Shown here: piece by piece, positions 24,652 to 37,500 of the stretch
Numbering within the stretch: position 1 is the stretch's first letter
Layout of the letters: each line of letters begins with the position of its first letter
DNA from: Harriotta raleighana
Taxonomy: Eukaryota
Assembly (NCBI GenBank): GCA_050575255.1
Contig: JBNZDD010013718.1
Coordinates: 8,621,677 to 8,685,676, forward strand
Direction of reading: 5' to 3'
Length of the DNA: 64,000 nt
Translations under genes and position numbers: made by a program
Notes under the pieces: generated by a model
Databases searched by the model: none
What the model was told of the DNA's origin: nothing
Seen by the model: only the letters and a program-made list of their open reading frames with translations

Positions 24652-26916
24652 ATATGTTCCCTTTCTTCTAAAGGCTATTTTAAAACTTCTAGTACCTTAG
24701 CTTGTTTCCATTTAACCACTACTGTACTTTCAGGCAATTTTGAACTAGAAATTATTTTGGAATACAAAGCACCTTCTGTAATTGTTTTAGTGTAATTTTG
24801 AGATTTATTTTGTGATGGGAGGATTCATCTATGTCTTATCACGTTATTGAGATGTATGAATAATCATATTAATAAGTTACAATTAAAAAAAATTGTTGCT
24901 CAAGTCACTCAATTCGATAGACCATATTGCATTGCATGTCATTATTAGACACGGGGGCATTCTCTATTTATCAGTAATTTACATTCTAAGCAAAAAGTAC
25001 TTTGAATGGAATTCCGAGGTGGGTAAATGTATACAAAATTGGAAAACACCCTTGGTAGCATTCGGAATTTTACTGCAATTTCCTTCAATTACTGTATTGT
25101 AATTCTGTGTATATCAATGCAAAACTCGCTCACTTCCCCTACTGTAAGTGACATGCTGGCTTCCATGCCAAAAACAGAGACTGCTCCACTGCCTCCCCTG
25201 CTGAGAACAGGAAAGTACAGGCCAGAGATTCAATTTGATACTTCCAAATCTGCACCAAAGCCTGCTGTACTACACTGGCCATTGCTTTTTCTACTGAGTG
25301 ACAAATGTAATAATATAATCCTTGCATTTGATATTCATATACAGTAGTAATAAAAGCATCCTAATTAGTGTTAGGCAATGTCCTAAGTGAAAGATTGTGT
25401 TAATATATGTTCTTGTCTCAGCTGTTAAGCAATTATTCAATCTGCTTAGGAAGTATGATTACATTAGAGGAGAAACACTGGTAATCTGCCAGTCCAACAT
25501 TGTCAAACCATAGAGCCACAATTCTCAGGAGGCTCTTCAAAGGTCTCGGTGCAGCTCACAGCCACTTCACCTTCAGTAGAAAGCAATTCAGATAATTCCC
25601 ACTGACAATTTTCTTCCACTGATGTTTGTATGGCTACTTGAACACATAACATTGCATGTGTGTGTTTAAAAAATAAATAAATAAATAAAATTCTGTAGTC
25701 ATACATTTGGAATATTTATTTGAAATGATCTTGTAAAATAATATTCATCTGAATAACTAGAGATTGACTATACAATGACTATACAATGACTTAGATTTGT
25801 ATATACGATTCCCATGAACTCTTTTCCATATATTTGATTGCATATATCTTGCACCCAATGAAGTCTCTACTCTTCTTTGTAGGCAAGTCAGACAAGCACT
25901 ACAACTGGTTAAATACTAGGAACTTGCATGTGCAAATGTACAAGTATCAATTAATTGTTTACAAGTTTGATTTGAAAATGAACAAATGACTACGTTAATT
26001 GGATATTCATTTGAACAAATGACTGTACTTGAATTGAATATGCATCTCTGGTGTAACAGTTAAAGAGAAACACACACACAAACCTGAAGACAGACAAACC
26101 TGATTATTTGTTTTGGCCAACTCATTGTTTGATCCATGTGGAAAGTTAATCGATCGTAGACTCTCTTGTAAGAGGTAAGGGCAATTCTAGGCATGATGCT
26201 TTTGCCACAAGTTACAACACAAGGGTTTATAATCTTTATATGGTGTAGCCATGCCTAATAAAGGGTGTTCTTGCTTAATGTGCCAGGAACACAGAATATC
26301 TTTGTTAGAACTTACAAAAGAGAACCTGCAGCTGCTTCAGCAGAAACCGACTGGTGTGGCTCACGTTACTCTTCAAGAGTCACACATGTGGCTCAGTACA
26401 AATCTGGGTTTGACAATCCAGCTTCAGACCACCCATGGCTCTGACCAACATTAACACAGTGTTGGCATTCAGTAATGCCATTACTAAAGAGCTCAAGCTC
26501 CAGTGCTTGAGATATATTATCTGTGTATGGCTTGCTAACTTATGCCAAATGGGTAATATGTTTCCATTCTAGAACTGCTTGGTTGGCAGCCAAAAGAGAA
26601 GTGTGAACAACACTGGTGCAACATCCTTTCAATTGTTCATGTTACATTCGTTTTTTGCCAGAAGTTTTTAACACATCGCTAATTCGCAGATAAACCAAGC
26701 AACATTCTCTTGCGTGTATGTGTGTGTGTGTATATATATGTATGTTTTGTGTAATCCTAAGTATAGGTTTGGAAAGATGATCTAATGCCATAACTGTTGA
26801 CTCAACCAACATTCATATGTTTGGGTTTATGGTACAGTCTGCTCAATTACCACTGAGAGATCTTCAAAAGCTATTGAAATCCTGATCTTGCACCAGTAAG
26901 ATCTTGGCGAACGATC

Positions 26917-27050
26917 AACAACAACAACAACAACAAAATTACATTTATAGAGCGCGTTTCACGTCAGGAGGACGTCCCAAGGCGCTGGACAGATGATTTA
27001 AGACCCGAGCAGGGAGAAATGTTCGGGGGGAGGGGGGAGGGGGAGGGACC
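26917..27050 (-). mobile_element. 5'-truncated L2 LINE tail
   Basis: (AAC)n plus near-identical reverse complement of the L2 3' end at about 270-395. Confidence 0.9.
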
Positions 27051-27274
27051 ATTTGTTAAGGTTCAGCTGTGCACATCCATGTCCAATGTGGCAGCTTATA
27101 TACTACAGAGACTGAGATCCCACCACAGGCCCTATAGATAGCCTTCAGCCAAGTGTTAACAAGTTGCCCATGTGTTTTATGTATTAACAACACTGGCTCA
27201 ATATCAAACACGATGAAGAAGCTCTATTTTCATTGTGGATGTTATTGGTATTAGAATCATAAGTGATTGATGGA

Positions 27275-27400
27275 TATTGCTGTGAACAATTGACTGCCAC
27301 GTTTCACCCACAAAATACAGTCAATTCACTTTACAGTATATTCTGTGAAGCGCTTTGAGTTGTCTCAACAACGTAATAAGGCATTATATACTATTATTAT
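27275..27400 (+). mobile_element. tRNA-SINE family A, 3' half
   Basis: CAATTGACTGCCACGTTTCACCCACAAAATACAGTCAATTCACTTTACAGTATATTCTGTGAAGCGCTTTGAG. Confidence 0.8.
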
Positions 27401-30237
27401 AGAGATTTTACTGCACAATAGGAGTAAATTCAAACCATCGTGATTGGTGTTTTAGTATCCCCATTGCAGTTGTCTTCTCTAAACCCAGTGATTCCCCTGC
27501 TCTTTTTCCACAACCGTTTCATATTATTTTTCCTCAAGTATTTTCTAAGAATCCTCTATGTTTTTAACCTTACTTTTTTTTTTGCTTTTAGTGGTTTATA
27601 CTCTCTGGTTACTAACTGACTAAAAAATAGTCTCAAGTGAAAATAATCTCTTCTAAACCATTAATAACCAAAAATCTCAGTTAGCTCTCGCTTAGCCATG
27701 TCTGCTCTAGCAGAAAATGGTTCTGTATCCCATCTTAGCTATGGTGCATTTTCTGTAATACAATGTCCCACTTATTTTATAAGTCCCAATGGCCAGTTTG
27801 AATCCACAACCTTCTGACCCAAAGGCGAGAGTTACCAACTGAGCCAAGCTACTGACAAACCCCCAAACACTGTTGTGTCTAGAGATCTTTTAATACAAAT
27901 TCATCATTACAAGAAGGCTGATATTTAACAGTTGATGAAAGCTCAAGACATTGTCTGTACAGATCAGTGTATGATGATCCAGAAAGACACAGACATCAGA
28001 TCACTAAAAATAGTATTTTCTCCCCCTGTATCAGCTATCTTTTCTCTGCATTTGTGTGATGGAGAATACAGTAAAAAGATTGGTATTTATAGTTGTAGCA
28101 TAAAGGCAGACTGTATTATCTGGGGTAATGGATTTTGAAGAGAACTTTTTTTTTGCAAGCCCTGAGGACATTCTCTATTATTAATAGATGTCACAAACCC
28201 CAAAGGCTTTTCCTGACCTTCCTGTGATCCTGTTGGGAAAGATTGGTGAAGCAGAAAATGAATATTACTGCTTAGCAATACCGTGTCTGTACATTCTGTG
28301 TCCTGTGTGCAACAGAATGTAAATAATTTGGATTCAACTTTCATTGAGTCTGCTTATCCAAATGCAAAACAAAAAGCATATTCTGAGGATTCTTTTTATC
28401 TAAAATGGAAACATAGCGGTAATAGGGAAGGACATCAGGTTTTCATAGATTTATAATTGATTTTAGTTCATCATAATGCAAAATCAAACAATGGAAGATC
28501 TGAACTAAAGTGAAACAGTTCTGATGTTTCTTGTGATTTAACAATAATTATCATTATTCAAACAGTGCCATGTTACATGGGGAACAATGATAAGGGATAG
28601 AGTCAATGGAGCCGAGTAATGAAGGACATTAAGTTAACAACAACAGTAATTTAATTGGAGATTCTCAATACACTAATTACCAGAGAAAGAAAGAAATTGC
28701 ATTTTATAGCATCTTGTCAAAGTCTTACAAGCCCTTTACAGTAAGTAATGCCAATTACAGTATTTTGAGGGATAATACAGCAGCTGGTTTAATGTCTCAT
28801 CTAAAGGATGGTACCTCCAAAAATTTAGTGCTCATACACAATGGCATAAAGGGTGACACTTACAGTTCCTATTGTTGTTTGTTTTTTTGCCTTGTGGGGC
28901 GCTATATGTAATGTTACCTTTGCACTATTGGAAAAGAGATACAAGTTGGTCTTGGAGTCCTGGCCAATAATCTTCTAGATAAATTGTTCATTTACCTCAT
29001 GGACTTTTGTAGGTCTCTGTTGTGCACCAAATGGCTACTGTTTCCCTATACATAGTTACTACACCTGATAGCAAAACCCTGTGAAGCACTTTGAAACATT
29101 TCAAAGGTGACAATTATTACAGATCAGTGATGCTTTCTATGAATACAACTTGAGCATTTTATTAGGCTTTGCCGGACCATTGAGGGTCAGTGTGGGATTG
29201 AGAGGCCCCCACAGTTCTAGAAGGGTTGCATTACCAGTTGTGGCTCTCACTAATTTCTGCAACAGAATAGAGCAGCAGAAACCAAGCGCTGCTGGGTCTC
29301 AGCCTAACCAGTTGCTATCTAAGTGCTTGAGCTATAATTGCTGTAACGGTTTAATTGGATTAGCAACGGAAGCCCCATTGCAATTCAAATCACAAGATGC
29401 AGATTCAGCCAGAAACTGGGACAAACATTTAGCCATCTTTTAGAGGAGGACTGACAGAATGGATGAAGGATGTCATGCAGCAGTAGCCATTATTTGTAAA
29501 TAGATTGCTGCCTGACCTGAATGTACCCCTTGTGACTGGGCAGGAGCAGATCTATTCTGGTGGCAGTTTTCTAATTCAACTGAAGTGTCATTGAGGCGCC
29601 AGAGCTGAGTAATTGGACTGCGTTGGGAAGATCAGCTTGATCTTGTACTTAGGTTTGTGTTCCAACAACACGTTACTGTAGCTCATTGAAAAGTTGCTAG
29701 ACAGTCTTCCATCCTTTTCAGCTAAATAGAACATGTGTTGGGTTCTCGCTATCACTGCAGTTTCAGTGCATTACAAATGTGATTTCCCCTGGCTTAACAT
29801 AGAAAGAAGGCCAGTGAAAGCTGACTCCATTCTATGGGATAGAATGGCATGGACACCAATCTGTTGGTGCATTGGAATACTATTTCATTTGGGAGAAGTC
29901 CCAACAGAACCCAAATTTGCATTGGAATACTACAAATACATACACCACATTTCACAGCAATTGCTTCCGAATTACTATTTGAGGTTTGTTGACTTTATAG
30001 GTGCTCTTTCAAATGCATGAATTAATATAACACTGAAATTTGAACAGGAATGTGGCTCCTGTACTGTAGTATAAATCCTCAGTTGTACATTTTCTGAGGT
30101 TTGGCAGATACTACTCATCGCCTAAAGCCAGCTTTTCTTGGTTGCGAATGGCATTGCACACTTCCTATGAATGTGAGGTGTCTTTTGCGGCGGCATTTTA
30201 AAACAATGACTATAATCCCAATGTTCTTGTATTTCAG

Positions 30238-30320
30238 GCCAGAAGACACTTCACCACAGTAGTGATGTCCTTGAGACTGTGGTGCTAGTTAATCCTGCCG
30301 AAGAAACAATTGCCTCAGAG
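30238..30320 (+). CDS. MAP1A: MAP1A internal exon (83 bp; equivalent of MAP1B exon 3); coding in the long isoform, 5' UTR in the short isoform
   Basis: Bounded by tttcag| and |gtaaaa. Encodes (G)QKTLHHSSDVLETVVLVNPAEETIASE, homologous to the MAP1 N-terminal region. Confidence 0.92.
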
Positions 30321-30915
30321 GTAAAACTGAACTATTGAAATTGTGCATGTTTGGGGTGTCTTACATAAAACCTATTAATGTGCGTCATATGCAAACTGGT
30401 ATTATAGAACCAGATCCTCATTGCAGTTGAATGAAGATTCCCTTGTTTGCTATGATGCCTTTTCCTTTTAGAAGGCTTCCAATGGTATCTTAGCCTTTTA
30501 AGTGCAGTATCACACCTGTGATGAACTTGTAGATTTACCAATAAAATAGGCTTATTTACTTCCCATGACTTCCCCAGATTTTTTTCATTTCATATTTTGT
30601 TTTTGCATTTTGCCCCTCGCTCCCATATTATTTCCTTGCACCAGAGTAATTTCAATGGTGTGACTTGCTCCCAGAAGTCCTTCATGATCATCCTCAGTGC
30701 TGCTTACAAATGAGTGGTAGCCATTGGACTTAACTGACTATCACAGACAGCTGTCTGCAGTGTGAGAATGTCTTTGATTCTTGGGCTGACTTAATACACT
30801 TGCCGCATTGTTTGTGAGTAACTGAAGGGCTGTATGGAAATGGGGAGGAGCAACGTGGAACAGAAATGGTTGCTTAAGTAATTAATTGTGTTATTTATTT
30901 TATGCTTTGATCCAG

Positions 30916-31056
30916 GTTCATTCATTGGTGACTGACTCCTCCCGCCGTAAACTGTTGGTTTTATGCGGGCAAAGCTCTGACCAAGGAGGGGACCTCATTC
31001 TGCAGACTGGAACTTATTCTTTTCAAAGATTCACTGAAACCTTTGCAGATCCTGAG
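30916..31056 (+). CDS. MAP1A: MAP1A internal exon (141 bp)
   Basis: Bounded by tccag| and |gtagga, phase 0-0. Encodes VHSLVTDSSRRKLLVLCGQSSDQGGDLILQTGTYSFQRFTETFADPE. Confidence 0.93.
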
Positions 31057-31199
31057 GTAGGAATTTTTAGATGAGGTTTTGATTTCCAGATGGCATACAC
31101 TGCACCAGGTAATGAATGTAATGCAAGAAGGAATTTAGATTTATTCATGTAAGGAGGATTTGGAACAATTGACTAAAGGATGCTCCACAATTGCCATCA

Positions 31200-31430
31200 A
31201 TCCCCATCCCTACCAACATCAAAAACACCACCTTTTGTTCCTCCAAACCCAACAGTCTGGTTGCTGTCACCCAAAGCAGTGAGATGGCTCTGATCAAAGT
31301 CACCAATGAAACCCTTTCAATGTCTCTACCACTCCCTAAAGCTTGTTGACTTCTCCATGCCTTCAACACCATCAACCACTCCATCCTTTCTTTCCTACAA
31401 GCCACCACACTCTCCTGGTTCTACTCCAAT
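31200..31430 (+). mobile_element. degraded L2 LINE reverse-transcriptase fragment in intron
   Basis: Reads SSEMALIKVTN...AFNTINHSIL...LSWFYS, matching L2 RT motifs STETAL.KVTND, AFDT.DH.IL and LSWF.SY. Confidence 0.7.
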
Positions 31431-31584
31431 AGGTCACCAATATAAGGATGATGGATACTGCACAAACTAAAGCAATGTGATTGATGGATCACAAATTATA
31501 AGAGTATAGGACCAGAAATGTTTACCAATGTATTGTAGTGTTTTCATTACAAGTTTGTCTAACATCTTTCAATTGTTGATTTAG

Positions 31585-34500
31585 ATTACAGAGCTACTGA
31601 GCAATACAGACATTGACACCAAGGCTTTTCTGACTATCTGCCACTCCGGAGAAGGGGACTGGAACAATTTAGAACAACACAATCTCCAGGAGTTCATCAA
31701 CCTTAATCTGAACCCAGCCACTGTCCTGCCAGAGATGGATGGAGTCTCTGAGTTTACAGAATACCTCTCCGAATCTGTGGAGGTTCCATCACCTTTTGAC
31801 CTCCTAGAGCCTCCCACCTCAGGAGGTTTCCTTAAACTGTCTAAACCATGCTGCTATATCTTCCCTGGGGGAAGAGGAGACTCAGCATTATTTGCTGTGA
31901 ATGGCTTCAACATCCTCATTGATGGAGGGTCTGAAAGGAAATCCTGCTTTTGGAAGCTTGTTCGTCATTTGGACAGGATCGATTCCATACTCCTGACGCA
32001 CATTGGTGCAGACAATTTGCCTGGAATTAACGGTCTCCTCCAGCGAAAAATAGCCGAGCAAGACGAGGAGCAATCGCAAGGCTCCACAATTTACAGCGAC
32101 TGGATGAAAAATCTCATCTCTCCTGAGCTAGGAGTAGTATTCTTCAACGTTCCTGAGAAATTAAAAATGCAGGAGTCGTCTATGAAAGTCAAGAGGAGCA
32201 TTGAAGAAGCCTGTTTAACGCTACAGTATTTAACCAAACTCAGTATCAAACAAGAACCTCTCAACAGGGTTGTTGGGGCAACTATTGATCCAATTCCATT
32301 GTTCCACAAGATGGGAGTTGGACGACTAGACATGTACATCCTCAACCCAGTAAAAGACAGCAAGGAAATGCAGTTTCTGATGCAGAAGTGGGCAGGAAAT
32401 AGCAAGGCAAAGACTGGAATCATTCTGCCCAATGGTAAAGAAGGAGAGATTTCGGTCCCTTATCTAACCTCCATCACAGCTTTAGTTGTGTGGCATCCTG
32501 CCAACCCTACAGAGAAAATAGTCCGTGTCTTGTTCCCTGGGAATGCACCACAGAACAAAATCTTAGAGGGACTGGAAAAATTAAAGCATCTAGATTTCCT
32601 AAAATACCCAGTTGCCACACAAAAAGACCTTTCTACTGGCATGACCCCACCAGCTGTGAAACAGACAAAAGTAAGGCAGAGGACGGATAGCAAAGAAAGT
32701 CTCAAATCTTCACCCAGGCCAGTGGCAGCTAAACCTGTGAAAAAGGAGGAAACACCAGAAGAAATCTCTACAAAGCCTCCAGAGGTTAAACCTGAGCCAA
32801 TAAAGGAAAGCAAGGTAGAGAAGAAAGAAGAGAAAAAGGTAAAGAGCGAATTAGAGAAATCTGCAGCTGATGCAATGAAAACAGAAAAGAAAAAGTTGAT
32901 CAAAGAAAGGACTTTGAAAAAGCATACCAAAGACAAGCTGGCAAAGTCTGAAGAAAAGAAGGACAAGGAGAAAAAGGAAATTAAAAGGGAGAAAAAAGAT
33001 GTAAAGAAAGATGATGTGAAAAAGGATGAGAAAAAAGAAGCTAAAAAAGATGAAAAGAAGAAGGAAAAGGACGTGAAAAAAGAAATAAAGAAGTTTTCCA
33101 AAACCGACTTTAAACCATTTACACCAGAAGTCAGAAAAACTCTACACAGGGCGAAAATGCCAGGTAGAAAAATAGATTCTGCTAAAGTGAAAGTGGGAAA
33201 AGAGTTCAAAGTTGAACAAAAAGATGAGCCAGTGCCAACTGAACCTGCAGCAGAGGAACAAATATCAATTGATTTGCAAGCAGAGAGATCTGTAATGTCT
33301 TCACCTGAAGACTTAACTAAGGACTTTGAGGAACTGAAACAAGAAGAGACGCCCAAGACTGATGTGACTAAAGAGCCAGTTTGTGTGGAACCAAGCACAA
33401 GTCCTGTTGATGTGGAAGAAATGGCTAAGGTAAATGAGGGACAACTAGACGCACTTGTTCCTAGCCCTCAGCCAGATATGATAATGACTCCTACTACCAC
33501 TGACATAAAGGCTCCCCTTGAATCGCCAGATGAAGGAATAACCACAACAGATGTAGAAGGCGAATCACCTTATGAAGAACAGGATATTTGTCCACCTCAG
33601 CCAACTACTGATGTTGCAGAGAAGTTTGAAGATGAAGGAACTGCAATGGAGGAATCATTGGAAATGAGTGAATTGGAAGAAAGATTAGAGAAAAAGGCAG
33701 AGAAGGAACAAGATGAGGTACAAGAAAGCCCAGTTTTGCAGGAAGGATTAGAAAAGGCTCAAATCGATGAAGCAAAAGAACAAGATCTTTTCAAAGAAAA
33801 TATTGTGACTCTAGAAAAGGCAGGAAAAGAAGTTGGAAGAAAGGAGGAGGAACAGATGGAGACCTGTGAAAGGTATATTGAAAAAATGGAGATGAGGGAC
33901 CAAGGTGAAGTAGAAGAAAGTGAGGGGGAAGAGGTGATAGAAAAGGCAGAAGCGGAAGAAACAGAAGATGTAGAAGAGGATTTAAAATTAACAGCAAAGG
34001 AACAAGAAAAAGAGAAATATTCAGATGAAATGAAGGACAAGGATGAATACAGTGAAAAACAAGACCAAGAACTATTTAAGTATCAATCAGCAGTGGGGAA
34101 AAAAGAGGAGGTTGAAGAAAAAGAAGTGAAAGATACTGTGGCTAAAACAGAGGCATTAGGAACACAAATGCTATCCACACAGGGAGCAGTGGGAGAGCCA
34201 GTTTCTTACATTCAGGATGAAACTATTCCTGGCTATTCTGAAACTGAACAAACTATTTCTGATGAAGAAATTCACGATGAACAGGAAGATCGAATTAGTC
34301 ACCTAAAATATGAAGTGGACACATATGACATCTCTGTGCCAGATGACACAAGATCCTTTGATACAGTCCATGGAATGAAGGAGATGAAGGCAATGTCTGC
34401 AACCGAGACTGGTATCAAAGGCTTTGCCCGAGAGGAGCCTGAGATTGTGGTCTATCCCTCTGAGATATTTGCGGCACCGCTTGCTGAAGAGGAACACATT

Positions 34501-37500
34501 TCATCTGCTGCTTCCATCACCGAGTGTGATAAACTCTCTTCATTTGCTACGTCAGTGGCAGAAGACCAATCTGTGGCATCAGTAACAGCACCTCAGACAG
34601 AAGAAACGGGCAAGAGCTCACTTATGTTAGATACGGTGAACAGCATGGCATCATGCAGAACAGAAGCCACCCAAGGGAAAGAGTACCTCCCATCAGCGGG
34701 TACTATATCGCCCACATCATCTTTGGAAGAGGACAAATACTTCAAATCCCCACCATCAGAAGACTTCCACCCTATTGCTGAGGTGATTACTAAAACGAAA
34801 GAGGAACAAGAAGAAGAAGAAGAGGAAGAGCAAACGCCTATTGTAGAAATGCCAGAGAAGCATAAAGAGCAATATTCAGCCTTATTTCCAGAAAAGAGCA
34901 CAACTGCTGCCGATTCACCCTTTGAATTTAGCGAAAAGACCGATGATGAATTCAGGCCGTCCTTGCATTTTGATTCCAGTTTGCCTGAAAGTGATGAGAA
35001 GTGCATCAGCCCTGATGACAGCACGGTAAAAATGGCCTCACCAACTCAATCAGGACCAACCAGTGCTGGGCACACCCCTTTCCATCAATCACCAGTTGAG
35101 GAAAGGCCTGACACTGTTGAAACCGAGCTGTTGGACATTCAAGTAATGTCCCTGACTACTGCGAAACCAGCTAAGGATAAAGACACAGTGCAACCTAGTT
35201 CAGGACTCAGTCCCTTTGATGATGCTCAACTAAGATCTAAATTGGATCATGAATCATTCCTTTCTTCAACACCTGCTCTTCCGGACACAGATGCTCGTGA
35301 CCTCGAGCTGACACCAAAAGAAAAACTGGCACATGAGCAAGAATATACAACAACAGAGAAAATGGAGAAGGACGTTCAGGAAACAGAACACACGGCTACG
35401 GAAAAAATTGAAAAAGATCTTCAGGAGAGGATGCCAACAGTCACAGAGGGCAAGGATAAAGAACTTTCTGTGAAGAAATCTCCAGAAAAAGAGGATGTAG
35501 AGATGAAGCTGGCAGATACAGAGAAAATTGGGAAAGAAATCATATTGGAAAAACCTCCACAGGATGAAAAGATACTGCTGGAAAAGAAAGTTCCAGAAAA
35601 AACCACAGAGACTGGGAAAATGGAAAAAGATATTCTAGACTTGAAGCCGGTAGATACAGACAAAATTGGGAAGGAAATCCTGGAGAAAATATCTCCAGAT
35701 GTACAAAAGGAGAAAGCCACAAAAGCCGAAGAAATACATATAGAGGATCTGGAGATGAAGCCAGCAGAAACAGTGGCCATGGATAAGGAATTTCTAGATC
35801 AGAAATCCCCAGATAAAGTGGAAGGAGCTCTTCAGGAGAGAAAGCCTGCAGATGTGGAGAGCATGGATATGGAATTCCAGAAGAAGAAATATCCAGACAC
35901 CGAACTGGAGGTTTTCAAGATGAAGCCAGCAGGTGCAGAGAAAATTGGGGAAGACATTCTAGAAGCAAAATCAACAGAGGCTGAAAAAATGGACAAAGAG
36001 ATCCCAGAAAAAACAACTGAGCTTGAAAAACTGGACAAAGAATTCCCTAAAAAAACAGTAGAGGCTAAAACCATAGATAAAAAGGCCCCAGAAAAGTTAA
36101 CAGAGGCTCCAAAGATTGATAAAGAGGAGGCACCAGAAAAAACAATGGAGGCTCAAAGGATGGATAAAGAGGTTCTGGAAAAAACAACTGAGGCTGAAAA
36201 ACTAGATAAAAAGGCTCCAGAAAAACCAACAGAGGCACAAAAAATGGAAAAAGAGACCTCAGAAAAAACGACAGTGGCTGAAAGGATGGATAAGGAGGTT
36301 CTGGAAAAACCAACGGAGGCTAAAAAATTGGATGAAGAGACCTCAGAAAAACCAACAGAGGTACAAAAGATGGACAAGGAGGTTCTGGAAAAACCAAAAG
36401 AAGCTCAAAAGATGGATAAAGAGCTCTCAGAAAAACCAACAGTGGTAGAAAAAGTGGATAAAGAGGTTCTGGATAAACCAAAGGAGGCTCAAAAGATAGA
36501 TAAAGAGCTCTCAGAAAAACCAACAGTGACTGAAAAAATTGATAAAACCATGGATACAGGGGCTCCAGAAAAGTCCATAGAGGCTTCAAAAATGGATAAA
36601 GAGGAAGCACTAGAAAAACCAACAGAGTCTCTAGTGGCTGAGAAAATGGATAAAGAGGTTCTGAAGAAATCAACAGAGGTTGAAAAACTGGATAAAAAGA
36701 CCCCAGAGAAATCAACAGAGGCTGAAAAGGTGGATAAAGAGCTAGCACAGCCCATTGCGACAGAGAAAATTGAAGAATTGTCCAAGAAGGGACATGCAGA
36801 AATAGAGAAAATGGATGTGGTGGAAAAGAAGCCAAGCGATACTGGAAAAATAGAAAGAGACATTGATGAAAAGGAGCAGGCGGCAATGGATAAGGTGGAA
36901 GCAGCTGCCCACAGACTTGATCATTCACCAACTGATGCTTTGGAACATCACATTAGTGAGATGGATGCTTTACTGAAGTCTCCAGGAAAGCAAGACATGC
37001 AGAGTAAACTTTCATCCGATGACAAACATACCCCTGAGACCGTAGACAGCAAAACTGTTTCAGACAGTAAGGCAACTCTGCAGCAATTGTCGCCGGACAG
37101 TGAGATAGATTTTGATGCAAAGCAACATGCAGGTGACATTTCACCAATTAAAGATCAAAATATTATCGAAGACAAGATGAAATCTGTAGAAGAAATGGAC
37201 AGTAGTTTGCTACAAGGTTACCTATTACAGTCTGAGCGTTTTCTCCATCAGAAAGATGAAACGACAGCGGAGTTTGAAATGTCCAAAGTTGACATCACTA
37301 CTAAAAGTCAGGGAGAGCTCACTACTGATGCTGAACACACATGCACCCAGGAAGCAATGAAGGAGATTTGTGAACCATGCATTGATGGCAAAATGTCCTT
37401 TTCAGAGAAACAATCAGAACAAGTGAGCTCTGAAGCAAAGTCTGAGACTTCTTCATTTGAATCTGGTAAATGGGATCATACTTCCTATTACACTGGCTCT

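Noticed and set aside
25766-25792. Short tandem duplications (also near 18200, 51062, 57062, 57600)
   Set aside because: Ordinary replication-slippage duplications with no sign of function.
35968-36750. Regular repeat array considered as CRISPR-like
   Set aside because: Eukaryotic in-frame coding tandem repeat with no unique spacers and no cas genes.
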